DNA of 64,000 nucleotides from Candidatus Marinacidobacterales bacterium (GTDB lineage Bacteria > Acidobacteriota > Vicinamibacteria > Marinacidobacterales > SMYC01). The DNA is taken from NCBI GenBank assembly GCA_965224085.1, contig CBDCYI010000011.1:576001-640000 (forward strand), read 5' to 3'. The translations under genes and the position numbers were made by a program. The notes under the pieces are model-generated. The model was not told the DNA's origin. It saw nothing but the letters and a program-made list of their open reading frames with translations, and did no database searches. Numbering within the stretch: the first letter of the stretch is position 1; the number at the start of each line of letters is the position of its first letter. Shown one piece after another: positions 42,001-51,923 of the stretch.

Positions 42001-42318
42001 ATCCGGGCCGCCGCTACCGACCTCGACAAGGATCTCATGGAAGTGGAGCAGCAGCTCTTCCAGATGAAGCTCACGGGCCGGGGAGACGGCATCCGATGGC
42101 CGGCCCAACTGGCGGCGAAGCTCACCTACCTGGCCGGCAGCGTCGCCCAGGCCGACTTTCCCCCTACCACCCAGGCTCTGGCGGTGCACGATCAGCTCGG
42201 GGAGCAGACCGGCACGCTCCGCTCGGAGCTGGACGAAGCGCTGCGGGACAACATCGCCGCCTTCAACCGAATGCTGCGGGAGCGGGACCTCGGCAAGATT
42301 ATCGCCGACGTGCGCTGA
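39052..42318 (+). CDS. VPS10/BNR repeat protein with C-terminal helical extension
   Basis: YRFIGPEGSRV, GGIFKSTDGGTHW, repeated Asp-boxes, STYGRGFWILDD. Confidence 0.92.
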   Translation: MLATRGVLSVTVSVALAAAAFAKGSAQGIAPEQYQELPYRFIGPEGSRVTSVVGVPGDPKVYYAGGASGGIFKSTDGGTHWEPIFDDQPVSSIGSLAVAASDPNIVWAGTGESFIRSNVSLGNGIYKSTDGGETWQHMGLEATGRIGRVIIHPTDPDIVFAAAQGHSYGPQPERGVFRTKDGGDSWERVLFVDENAGASDIAMDPNNPRILFAGIWQLEIHTWGRTSGGSSSGLWVSRDGGDTWVELTRPVEDGGAPGLPHKPLGKIAVAVGPSDSSRIYALIETGDGVPWEHGETDTGELWRSDDGGDAWMLVSYNRNLAGRTAYYSRVVVSPDDADEAYFVAGAFSKTSDGGETATSMTYVGERPLGDNHDTWIDPTDGDRMIVGNDGGLAITVNRGRTWRRVHLPNAQMYHVAVDNRIPYYVYGNRQDGPSVRGPSNSRLQPAPGMAFHGIPKSMWHSVGGGESGFAVPDPVDPDITWATASGSGAVGGIVERFSERTRQFRRVEVWPEATRGRPAAELVYRFNWTFPIVISPHDHNTVYVSSQHVHRTTDGGNSWQVISPDLSTNDKSKQQISGGLTPDNIGVEYCCVVFAIDESPLQEGVLWAGSNDGLVQVTRDGGQSWTNVTENIPGLPPWGTVSNIDASRYEAGKAYITVDFHQVNDRRPYVYKTDDYGRTWTKIVSGIPESPLSYAHCVREDPVRPGLLYVGTENALYVSFDDGASWQSLQNNLPHAPVHWIEVQEHFNDLVVSTYGRGFWILDDITPLQQLNDPVRGAAAHLFEPRAAYRLRPITRPTSASYFAAYDPTAGENPPNGASINYWLGAEPDGEVTVEILSHTGEVIRTLEGTRNVGINRIWWDLQNEPSSEIRLRTKPLYAPEVRLGPDRWRPFPGGGRISVLMPPGTYTVRLTAAGRKLTRQLEVRKDPITEGTEADIAAQTDLLFEIRDDLDVVAGMINEIEWIRRQLYDLTDVLKGDDRAADIRAAATDLDKDLMEVEQQLFQMKLTGRGDGIRWPAQLAAKLTYLAGSVAQADFPPTTQALAVHDQLGEQTGTLRSELDEALRDNIAAFNRMLRERDLGKIIADVR

Positions 42319-42349
42319 GGGCCTGAATCTGTTGTGAAAGGAGAACGAA

Positions 42350-43801
42350 ATGTTCGTTTGGCAGAAAGCCGTTCGTCTGTGCAGTTTACTTTGTGCATCC
42401 GCCCTCTGTTGCTGTCAGCCCACGGATGCGATTGTCCCCGAGGCGACACTCGCGATCGTGGGTGGCACGCTGATCGACGGCACGGGAGGCGAGCCTCAAC
42501 CGAATTCCGTCATTCTAGTGAATGACAAGCGAATCGTGGAAGTCGGAGCCATGGGAGAGCTAAAGGTCCCGGACGGCGTGAAAACGGTGCCGGCTACAGG
42601 TAAGTACGTCACCCCCGGCCTCATCGACTCGAACGTTCATCTCGCGATGAACGGGCTGTCGGACGCCAAGCATTGGGTGAGCATCGCGGGGCGCTTCGAG
42701 GAGTACGCCGCCGTGCATGCCCGCGTCAGCTTGATGACTGGATTGACCACGGTTCGGGACACCTGGGGGCCTACGGACGCACTGATTTCCCTTCGCGACA
42801 AGATTGACCGGGGGGAAGTAGAGGGAGCACGTATCGTGCTTTCCGGACCCATCGTCCAGCACAAAGCCCCATTGCGGAAGCTCGAGCCTCATGAGGAAGC
42901 AGAGGTTGATCCGAAGACCCAGGAACTTGTCTGGGCACAGATGGAGTGCAATGTCGAAGGCCCCGTCGAGGAGGGGCGCGAGGAAGTGCGTAGACTCATT
43001 GCCAAAGGCATTGATTTTGTCAAGTTCTCCTCCACCGGTGACGACTACGGGGATGAGCCGATTCTTCCGCAGGAGAGCCTGGACATGATTGTCGAAGAGG
43101 CACACCGTGCGGGCCTTACTGCCGAGTCCCATACGATGGAGGCGGAGGGGTTGCGAATGGCTTTGCTGGCGGGTGCCGACGCCATGCAACACCCGGAGGT
43201 CATGACAAAAGAGATGCCCGATGACATTATCGATATGATTGTCGAACGGGGAGTTATTTCTGTGCCGATCATTCTCGCCTTGCAACGCCACACGTTGGAA
43301 TTGGACGATCCTTTGGTTATGAAAACGCTGCCGGTGAACCTGCAGGATGAATACGAGCGGTTCGTCGCGAATGTGCGGAAGGCACCCGAGCGCCGGCGCA
43401 AAACGATCGAGGAATTTCAGCAGAACTTCGACATTTCAATCGAGAACGTCCGCAAGCTGATCTCCGCAGGGGCGGTGATCGCGATGGGCACCGACGCCGG
43501 CACAACCAAGAACTTTCACGAGGCGGCGAATCATTTCGAAGAGCTGGAATGGTACGTCGAGCTAGGGATGACTCCAATGGAGGCTTTGCTGAGCGCCACG
43601 AGGAACGGCGCGCAGTTGTTGCGGCGGGACGATCTCGGAGTCATCGAGCCCGGCGCAATAGCGGATATTCTCGTTGTTGATGGCGACCCACTTGAGGATA
43701 TCGGCAACATGCGGCAGCTGCTGGTAGTGATCAAAGAAGGCGAGGTGATGCTTGACCGGAGTGCCTCCGAGCAGACGTCTTCGCGCGATCTTGTCCCGTA
43801 G
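42350..43801 (+). CDS. Exported (possibly lipoprotein) amidohydrolase, NxH subtype
   Basis: PGLIDSNVH, GLTTVRD, ESH, QHP, MGTDAG, GVIEPGAIAD. Confidence 0.9.
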   Translation: MFVWQKAVRLCSLLCASALCCCQPTDAIVPEATLAIVGGTLIDGTGGEPQPNSVILVNDKRIVEVGAMGELKVPDGVKTVPATGKYVTPGLIDSNVHLAMNGLSDAKHWVSIAGRFEEYAAVHARVSLMTGLTTVRDTWGPTDALISLRDKIDRGEVEGARIVLSGPIVQHKAPLRKLEPHEEAEVDPKTQELVWAQMECNVEGPVEEGREEVRRLIAKGIDFVKFSSTGDDYGDEPILPQESLDMIVEEAHRAGLTAESHTMEAEGLRMALLAGADAMQHPEVMTKEMPDDIIDMIVERGVISVPIILALQRHTLELDDPLVMKTLPVNLQDEYERFVANVRKAPERRRKTIEEFQQNFDISIENVRKLISAGAVIAMGTDAGTTKNFHEAANHFEELEWYVELGMTPMEALLSATRNGAQLLRRDDLGVIEPGAIADILVVDGDPLEDIGNMRQLLVVIKEGEVMLDRSASEQTSSRDLVP

Positions 43802-43973
43802 TGTGCCAAAACCCGATCGAGCGACTCCATCATTATCAGAAGGCCATTCTCGGCGTTGAGAATGCGGAGACGGCTGTCGGGAAACGAGGGCATTACACCT
43901 CTTCAAGGCTACATCGTGATGCCTCTGACCAACTTCGGCCTCACCGCCCTCACTGGTCTGGTAGCCGCCGTGG

Positions 43974-44663
43974 TCATCGGACCGGTCGTGCTATGGATCC
44001 GTCGCCGCTGATGGCTCTCAACTGAGCCAGCCCCTCCTCCACCTCCTCGCGGGGCAGCTTGCCCTGCTCGAGCGCATCATCGGGTTTCCTGAGCAACCGC
44101 TCGTAGAACTCGATCCCCTCGGGGACGAGCTCGGCGTGTCCCGCGTCGATGAGCTCGAACAACGTGTCTTCGGCATCCGCATAGGCGCCTTCGCGCTCGT
44201 AGTGCCACATGAGCCGTTTTTGGATCTCCGGTACGGGTGCTTCGGCGGCTAGCTCGTCGAGCAACGTCTCGATCTTCTCGAGATAGCGGTCCGCATCGGG
44301 AATGCGCGCGAGGCTTTCACGCCCAGAGACTTCGAGATAGAGCCCGAGCGCGCGCACCCGCGATTGGTACGCGCCGCCGTCCTCCCCTTTGAGCGTTTTG
44401 ACCTCGCCATCTTCATAAAGAAGCTCGGCGACGACGAGACTTTTCCCGGGGTCGAGGATTCCCCCCGGGCTGAAGAGCGCGACGATCTGCTCGAGCGGTA
44501 GAGCGTGCAACGTGCGGACATCGAGCCCAACGAGGTTCTTGGCGGCCGTGGTGATGGCGTCTTCAGCCTCGTTGTACCGTTTGGCTTTTCGGAGCGTGAG
44601 GACGGCGCCGAGGGTCTTGGCGAGCTGTTCGACGAGCCTGAGTATGTAATCGCGCTGGAACAT
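43974..44663 (-). CDS. DUF6483-like conserved helical protein
   Basis: MFQRDYILRLVEQL start; YADAEDTLFEL...FYERLL..PDDALEQGKLPREEVEEG. Confidence 0.75.
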   Translation of the reverse strand: MFQRDYILRLVEQLAKTLGAVLTLRKAKRYNEAEDAITTAAKNLVGLDVRTLHALPLEQIVALFSPGGILDPGKSLVVAELLYEDGEVKTLKGEDGGAYQSRVRALGLYLEVSGRESLARIPDADRYLEKIETLLDELAAEAPVPEIQKRLMWHYEREGAYADAEDTLFELIDAGHAELVPEGIEFYERLLRKPDDALEQGKLPREEVEEGLAQLRAISGDGSIARPVR

Positions 44664-44703
44664 CCCGCCTCGAGATCCGATGTCGATGTCGAAATCAGTG
44701 GTC

Positions 44704-45445
44704 TCAATGGGTCAGTGCGTAAATGACGTAATTGACTCCGAGCTTGTAACCTTCGTTCGTGAGCTCGATTGGGTAGTAGCCGTGTTCGGACCACTCCCAG
44801 TATTCCCCGATATCATTGTTAAAATTGGCGACGACCACTAGCCGGCCGTCGTCGTCGCGAAGTCCCCAGAACGAGGAGGCTTCATAGGAGCCATAGCCGG
44901 CCGGCATTTCGAGGGTCTTGATATGGAAGAAGCTCTGGAACACAGGGTCCTCGAGCTCGAGCCTCTCGAAGTGACGCCCGGGTAAGACGCTCGCCATGCA
45001 CGCTTCGAAGTTCTCCCAATCCCAAGGCCCGTCGAAGTCGTCGAAGATGGCAAATCCGCCTTTCGCGAGATAGTGGCGAAAGTTCGCGGTTTCCTCGGGC
45101 GTGATCGCCCAAGTACCAGGCTCGCTGAAATAGGCCAGCGGATAGAGCATGAGATCCGGGCTGTCGAGCCGGACGATCGTGTGCGCCGCGGGCTCCGTAT
45201 AAACGTCGGTGACCTCGGACAAAATGCGCAGGAGGTTGCGCTCGGCGCGCGGGTAATCATGAGACCAGCCGGGGCGTCTCCCTTCACGATGGGACTGAAA
45301 CCTCACGCGTGCGAAGGAGAAATTCGGCGCGATGGTGGGCGTGAGGTCGACCGGCGGTGGTTCGCGCCGCCGGCGGCGCTCCCATTGCGCCCCCTCGGCC
45401 ACGAGCGAAATCAAGCGCTATGATTGCAAGCGCTCTGACGAGCAT
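44704..45445 (-). CDS. DUF4159-like protein, frameshifted in its signal peptide near 45415
   Basis: FSFARV.F, WSHDYPRAERNL, YLAKGGFAIFDDF, NNDIGEYWE, GVNYVIYALTH. The ATG at 45445 (with RBS) is out of frame. Confidence 0.8.
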
Positions 45446-45514
45446 GCTGGCCTCCCTAGTCTTACTGTGGGATCATACGCCAGCCTTGCCATCTGAACAA
45501 AGGAGGTTTTGTCG

Positions 45515-45910
45515 ATGAAACGTGTTGCCGTCAATCCCTGGGAGTGGTCCAAACAGTATCAATTCAATCAAGGCGAAGTCCTCGAAGGCGTGAGCCGCCA
45601 ACTCGTCTGCTCGGGCCAGACCTCCATTGACGCCGAGGGCAGCGTCCAACATCCGGACGATTTGAGAGGCCAGATTACGGCGGCCATGGATAATCTCCGG
45701 GCCGTGTTGAACGTCGCAGGGATGGGCTACGAGAACCTCACCCGCGTCACCGTGTACACGACCGATGTGGACGAGATGATCCAGAATTGGGACGCCTTTG
45801 CGGGACCGCTCGCGGCCGCGAACGTCATGCCCCCCAACACGCTGATCGGTGTAGCTCGCCTGGCCTTCCCCGAGCTAAAAGTGGAAATCCAAGCCGACGC
45901 TGCCGACTGA
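45515..45910 (+). CDS. RidA/YjgF-family protein
   Basis: SGQT, NLRAVL..AG, VTVYTTD, TLIGVARLAFPELKVEIQA. RBS AAGGAGG. Confidence 0.88.
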   Translation: MKRVAVNPWEWSKQYQFNQGEVLEGVSRQLVCSGQTSIDAEGSVQHPDDLRGQITAAMDNLRAVLNVAGMGYENLTRVTVYTTDVDEMIQNWDAFAGPLAAANVMPPNTLIGVARLAFPELKVEIQADAAD

Positions 45911-46016
45911 GTTTCCGGGAACCATCCGCCCCGCAAAACCGTAAAACCCGAGTAGGCGTCGAAATACGCCCAGGCCAGCAGTCAGCAGGTAGCACCAACG
46001 AAAATACGGAGACAAA

Positions 46017-46646
46017 GTGCAGGATCTCGCAGGCGATATTCGATACGCGTTGCGGACGCTCGTCCGTCAGCCAGGCTTTACCCTCGTGGCGGTGCTTTCG
46101 CTCGCCCTCGGGATCGGTCTGAATACGACCATCTTCAGCGTCGTGAACGCGATCCTTCTCAAGGAGCTTCCCATCGAGGACCCGGGCCGCCTTGTCGAGA
46201 TCTACTCGAGCCCCGCCGAAGAATTCCCGCATTTAACGTCGTCCTATCCGGACTTTCTCGATATCCAAAAGGAGACCGAGGCCTTCGAAGGACTCGCCGC
46301 GCATGCCATGGTCCGCGGCATCGTGACGACCGAGGGACAATCCGACGTCGTCACCGGCGAAGTTGTCACCGCGAGCTATTTCGAGCTGCTCGGGGTGAGG
46401 CCTGTCCTCGGACGCGGTTTCCATGCGGAGGAAGATACGAGCGAAGGCACGCATCCCGTGATGGTCGTGAGCCACGGCCTCTGGCAGCGCCGCCTTGGCG
46501 GGGACCCCGATGTGGTCGGAAAGTCACTTCGGCTGAGCGGCGTGGACTACAACATCGTCGGCGTCGCGCCCGAATCCTATACGGGCACCATTCCTGGAAT
46601 CCGTCCCGAGTACTGGGTGCCGACCGCGATGGTGGAAGGTATCGAC
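46017..46646 (+). pseudogene. ADOP/MacB-like ABC permease N-terminal fragment
   Basis: DIRYALRTL.RQPGFT.VAVLSLALGIGLNTTIFSVVNA; truncated after about 210 aa. Confidence 0.85.
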
Positions 46647-47474
46647 ATGAAGTTCCTCGTCGCGCTGATGGCGCTAGGTTGCACCGTCGGTTCGGCCCAT
46701 GCCGAACAGACAGTACGGGAGATCACGTGGACGGGCTCGTTGCCCGATGGCGCCGAGCGCGGCCCGCAAGGGTCAGGCTCAGTGACGGTCACTTCGATGA
46801 GCGACGGCGGGCTCACAGTGACGCTTCTGGAGCTCGAGGATCCGGGCATAACCAAGCTTCGCTACGCACTGAAGGGCCGCGTCCGCTACGAAAAGGTCGA
46901 TGGCAAAGGCTTCGTCGAGATGTGGAATGTTTTCGATGACGGACGTTACTTCACCCGCACCAATCTCGACCAGGGGCCGATGCGCGCGATCTCCGGAAGC
47001 TCGGGCTGGCGCGACATTGTTTTGCCTTTCGACGCGACGGGCGGGAACGCGCCGCCCAAGGGACTTGTTATTAATGTTGTCTTGCCCGGACGTGGCATGG
47101 TGACACTCTCGCCGATGACGCTCGTCGAGCTCGAACAAGGGGAGTGGCCGTCCGGAAGCGGCGTGATGTCTGGTCTATGGGGCGGTATTACCGGCGCGGT
47201 CGTTGGAACCCTCTGCGGGCTTCTCGGCTGGCTCGGCGGAAAAGGCCAAGCGAAAACGGTCGTGCTCTTCGGCTTTCGCGCGATGATGACGGCCGGCGCG
47301 GTCGCGCTCGTGATCGGCATCTGGAGCTTTACGAAGGGTGCCAGCTACGACCTCTACTACCCGCTCGTTCTGATCGGCGGGATCTCATTCCTCGTATCCA
47401 TTTCCGCCTTGCCGCGTCTCCATAGACGGTACGAAGCGATCGAGCTTCGACGCATGTCCGCGCTCGATGCGTAG
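46647..47474 (+). CDS. Hypothetical membrane protein with its own signal peptide, in frame with the permease fragment
   Basis: MKFLVALMALGCTVGSAHA signal, three C-terminal TM segments, ELRRMSALDA end. Confidence 0.7.
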   Translation: MKFLVALMALGCTVGSAHAEQTVREITWTGSLPDGAERGPQGSGSVTVTSMSDGGLTVTLLELEDPGITKLRYALKGRVRYEKVDGKGFVEMWNVFDDGRYFTRTNLDQGPMRAISGSSGWRDIVLPFDATGGNAPPKGLVINVVLPGRGMVTLSPMTLVELEQGEWPSGSGVMSGLWGGITGAVVGTLCGLLGWLGGKGQAKTVVLFGFRAMMTAGAVALVIGIWSFTKGASYDLYYPLVLIGGISFLVSISALPRLHRRYEAIELRRMSALDA

Positions 47475-47503
47475 CGTCCTGGAAGCGGGTATGATCCGCT
47501 GCC

Positions 47504-48647
47504 ATGACGTACCGACTTCCCATCCTCGCGCTGGTCGCCTGCGCGGCCTGCCAGCCCGAGCCCGAACAACATCTCGCAGACTGGGTGCTGAGAAGCGGCA
47601 TCGTCTACACCGTCGACGCGGAACGAAGCGCGGCTGAAGCCATTGCGATTACCGGCGATCGCATCGCCTATGTCGGCGACGATGGCGGCGCCGGGGTCTT
47701 CATCGGGCCCGAGACCCAGGTAGTCGATCTCGATGGGAAGATGTTGCTTCCCGGATTCTTCGACGCTCACTCGCATCCGTCGCACGCGCCCGTGGATTCA
47801 CTCTCCGTACGCCTCTACGGGCAGACGTCGCTCGAAGGCTACCTCGACACGCTCCGCGAATATGCGCGTGCCTATCCCGACCGAGCGGCGATTCAGGGCG
47901 CGGGTTGGAGTAATACACTGTTCCCGCCGAGCGGACCCAGGCGGCAAGACCTCGACCGCGTTGTTTCAAATCGCCCTGTGCTATTCTCCTCTGAAGATGG
48001 TCACTCGAGTTGGGTAAACTCGAAAGCGCTCGAGCTGGCGGGTGTCACCAAAGACACGCCGGATCCGGAAGGCGGCATCATCGAGCGCGACCCCAATACG
48101 GGCGAGCCGAGCGGCACGCTGCGCGAAAGCGCCTCGGGACTGGTGGCGGATGTCGCGGCGCCCGCAACGGTCGCGGAGCGCCTCCTCGCGCTCGAGATTT
48201 TTCAGGAGATGGCGGCACAGGGCGGCGTGACGACTGTGCGAGACGCGTATGTGGGGCTCGATGACGTTGCGAGCGACGCCTATGTGCGCGCGGATCTCAC
48301 GGTGCGCTTCCGTGCGAACTTGCTCTTCGGGCCGGAGGAAAGCCTCGATAGCGTGAGCCGCTATGTTGAGGAGTGTTCTGAGGAGCGACGATCCTGACGA
48401 TCCTGCTCGGACGCTCGGGCCTGAGCAGAGCGCCAGCCTCGAAGACATGATCGCGAGCTTTACGATAAACGGAGCTTTCGCGAGCTTTCTCGAGGACGAG
48501 ACCGGTTCTATCGAGACCGGTAAGCTCGCGGACCTCGTCGTCCTCGAGAGCAACTTGTTCGACATACCCTTCGAAAACATTAGCGAGACCCGTGTGCTCA
48601 TGACGTTTTTCGAGGGTGAGCCCGTATTCCGCGCAGATGGATTCTGA
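47504..48647 (+). pseudogene. Amidohydrolase-3 (YtcJ-like) with a large internal deletion at ~48390
   Basis: PGFFDAHSH, DGHSSWVNS, GTLRE, then a direct jump to the C-terminal FTINGA...GSIETGKLAD in another frame. Confidence 0.85.
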
Positions 48648-50458
48648 TCATGAGAGCCATAATTGCCATCGCACTATTATCGGCTGCCGCAGCCGCGCAA
48701 GACGACGCGAAGGACGATGCTTGGGACGTGGGCGCCACTTTCGGCCCCACGAGCCCGCTCGAGTTCGAGACCACCGAAGGTACGTGGATGAACCTCGACA
48801 TCAGCCCCGACGGTACCCAGATCGTCTTCGACCTTCTCGGAGATCTCTACGTGATGCCCGTTTTGGGCGGCACGGCGACGCGGCTGACCGAGGGCGCCGC
48901 GTTCGACATGCAGCCGCGTTTTTCCCCGAACGGAGAGAGCATTGCCTTTGCGAGCGACCGCGACGGGGCGACGAATCTATGGATCGTGGACCGGGACGGC
49001 GCGAACCCGCGCCAGGTTTCGAAAGAGAAGAAGTGGTTCATCAACAGCCCGACGTGGTCGGCGGACGGTGACTATCTGTTCGCGCGCCATCATTTCGTCG
49101 CCCAGCGTTCGCTCGGCGCGGGAGAGATCTGGCTCTACCACATCCGCGGCTCCGGCGGTCTTCAAGTCACCGAGAAGGTCACGTTCCAGAAGGACGCGGG
49201 CGAGCCTTCGATCTCACGCGACGGCCGCTATCTTTATTACAGCAAGGACGTCACACCGAGCCCGAAATTCGAGTACAACAAGGATCCGAACGGAGCCATC
49301 TACGCCATCGTGCGGCGCGACCTCGCGACCGGCGACGAGCGCCGCGTGGTGGACATCCAGGGAGGTGCTATGAGCCCTGCCATCTCTCCCGACGGCAAAC
49401 ATCTCGCCTTCATCCGCCGCATCCGACTTCAGAGTCATCTCTACCTCCAGAACATGGAGACGGGCGAGCAGTGGTCGATCTTCGACGGCCTCGACAAAGA
49501 CCTACAAGAAGCCTGGGCCATCCACGGGCTCTACCCGCAATACAGTTGGACCCCTGACGGGAAGAACATTTTCATATGGCGGCACGGCAAGATCTGGCGC
49601 GTGGACGTCGAGGCACAAAAGGGCGCGGAGGTGCCCTTTCGCGCCCGGGTCGAGCAGACGATCCACGACGCTTTGCGCTTTCCTCAAAGAGTCTTCGAGC
49701 CCGAGTTTCCCGTGCGGATGCTGCGCCACGTTGCGACCTCTTCGGACGGTGGGGAAGTCGTCTATAGCGCGCTCGGGCGTCTCTATCGCAAAGTCTTGCC
49801 CGACGGCGCGCCAGCTCGCCTGACGGAGGACGAGCACATCGAGTACGCGCCTTCTTATTCTCCGGACAAAAACACGATTGTCTACGCGACGTGGTCCGAT
49901 GACGAGAAAGGGAGAATCCGCACCATCGCGCCTGACGGCTCCGGAGCGCGTGAGCTCGTCTCGGTGCGTGGGCACTACACCGACCCTTCGTTCTCGCCGG
50001 ATGGGAAGCACATTGTCTATCGCCGGACGACGGGCGACTCGCTTCGCGGCGAGACCTTTGGGACGGATCCCGGTATCTACGTCGTTTCATTGGATGGAGT
50101 GGATGGCGGTGAGCCGTCTCTCGTTCGCGAGTCGGGTGTAGCGCCCCGTTTCGACCACACGGGCGAGCGCGTCTATTTCGCCGAGCGGCGTGACGATAAG
50201 ACCCTGCTCGCGAGCGTCGAGCTCGACGGTAGCGAAGAGATCGTCCATCTGGAATCCGAGAACGCCACTCAGATCGTGCCGTCCCCCGACGGGCGTTGGG
50301 TGGCTTTCGTCGAGCGGTTCAAAGTGTTCGTAGCGCCTTTTCCTCGCACGGGCCGTACGGTGAGTATCGGGCCGGAAGGATCCGCGATCCCCATCAAAGA
50401 AGTCTCGGGCGATATGGACTCCCCACGCCGGATCAAGAGAAAACGTTCTTCGTAATAG

Positions 50459-51716
50459 TCATCCGCGATTCGCTTTTTTTGTGGGCCACCGGGAGGGGTC
50501 GTAAAGGGTTCCTTGTCGAAGCATCGCAATGGCGATGGGGAGAATGCGGTCCATGACGCCTCTGAGAGCTCTGGCATGGCTGTGGCCTCTGTCACGAAGC
50601 CGGTCGTAGTGTTCTTTGAAGTGGGGGTCGTGCAAAACGGCAGTGCGTGCCCAATGGTGGAGAGCATTATTGAGGGGCAAAGAGCGAGCTCTCCTCATCA
50701 GGATCGTTGGTCGCAACTGACCGCGCTTGCCGCTCTTTTTTGTGACAGGAGCAATGCCGCCGAGAGTCCTGAAGGCGTTGAGATTACGGAGCCGAATGGG
50801 GTCGTGGGCATAGCAGAGCACGGAGGCGAGCACGTAAGCACCGACGCCGGGCAAAGAGGCAAGAATGGCAGGGTCGGAGCAATGCTCGTCGGTTAGTGCT
50901 TGCACGCGCTTGAACCACTTCTCGAGATGCTGGTCGGAGGCACGACGATGTTGTCGAACGAGGAGCAACTGCTGGAGTAGTAGTTGGAGATGCTCGGCGG
51001 TAGCTTGAGTGGTTGCGGTTGCGACCCGGAGAGGTTTTTGTTTGAGGGTATCGAGGATCTTCTCGGGTTTTAGACGTCGGATGCGGTGTTTTTGAGCGAG
51101 GGTCTCAATGGAGTGGCGGCTAAGAGGGTTGGGGCTGGATTCGAAGAAGAGTTTTAGGAGCTCGCAGAAAAAAGCGTCGAGAGCCTTGTCCTTTGGCGCG
51201 AGCGAGACGAGGTGAGGCCAGCAACGAGTAAGGAGTTCTCGGATCTGCGAGCTGAGGGCCACATGGTTTTTGACGAGTTGGTCGCGGGTACTCAGCAACC
51301 CGCGCATAGCGAGGATCTCCGTAGGTGGGAGATGCAAGCGCTGAAAGCGGTGGCCGTCGGTTCTGAGCGAATCGGCGAGAACGAAGGCGTCTCGCCGATC
51401 ATCCTTGGCGCCGCTCATAGAATGCCGGTCGCGGAAACGGTCGACCTGCTTGGGATTGATGGAGAAAATGGCGATGCCGTGGTCAAGAAAGAGCTCGACG
51501 ACGGCCCCATGAGGTTTTTCGATCGCCACCGCGATGCGCTCGGTATCTTGCGAGGTCTCTTCCAAAAGCCAGTCGATGGTTCCCGATAGTCCTTCGCGGC
51601 TATGGGGGGAAGCCTCTCTCCGCCAAGAAGTTACCTTTGGCATCGACCACACTGGCCAAGTGAAGCCATTGACCCAGGTCGATACCGACGAAGAAGTCGT
51701 ATTTGAGTTGATTCAT
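50459..51716 (-). CDS. IS110-family DEDD recombinase/transposase (1-nt frameshift at the G-run ~51605)
   Basis: FVGIDLG (D), AIEKP (E), KDDRRDA (D,D), SLPGVG, and GIAPVTKKSGK (conserved Ser). Confidence 0.92.
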
Positions 51717-51734
51717 GGAAGAACTCATTTCCGC

Positions 51735-51900
51735 CAGCGCATGTGATGTTTCATCGGCCCCTGTACTGGCGCTCGAAGCGCAACTCCCCACTGGATGTCC
51801 ATCACAAAAGAATTGCCGGCACGCATGTCCATTCCTGGCGCTAGGAGCGCAGGGCGACGTATGGCGTTGCCGGCAAGCTGCTGACGAAATCGAAAATAGT
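51735..51900 (-). ncRNA. Bridge-RNA-like ncRNA with target-binding and donor-binding loops (RNA boundaries approximate)
   Basis: Two parallel stem/internal-loop/GCGC-hairpin units whose loop segments match the element ends (9/9 and 7/7) and the insertion site (6/7 and 5/7). Confidence 0.85.
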
Positions 51901-51923
51901 CCAAGCTCATCGTGATATTTGCT

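Noticed and set aside
51600-51612. Programmed frameshift in the IS110 recombinase
   Set aside because: It lies in a G homopolymer, and similar 1-nt shifts occur throughout the window (~4101, 20200, 30540, 45415, 52603, 60985, 63685). Sequencing error or decay is more parsimonious.
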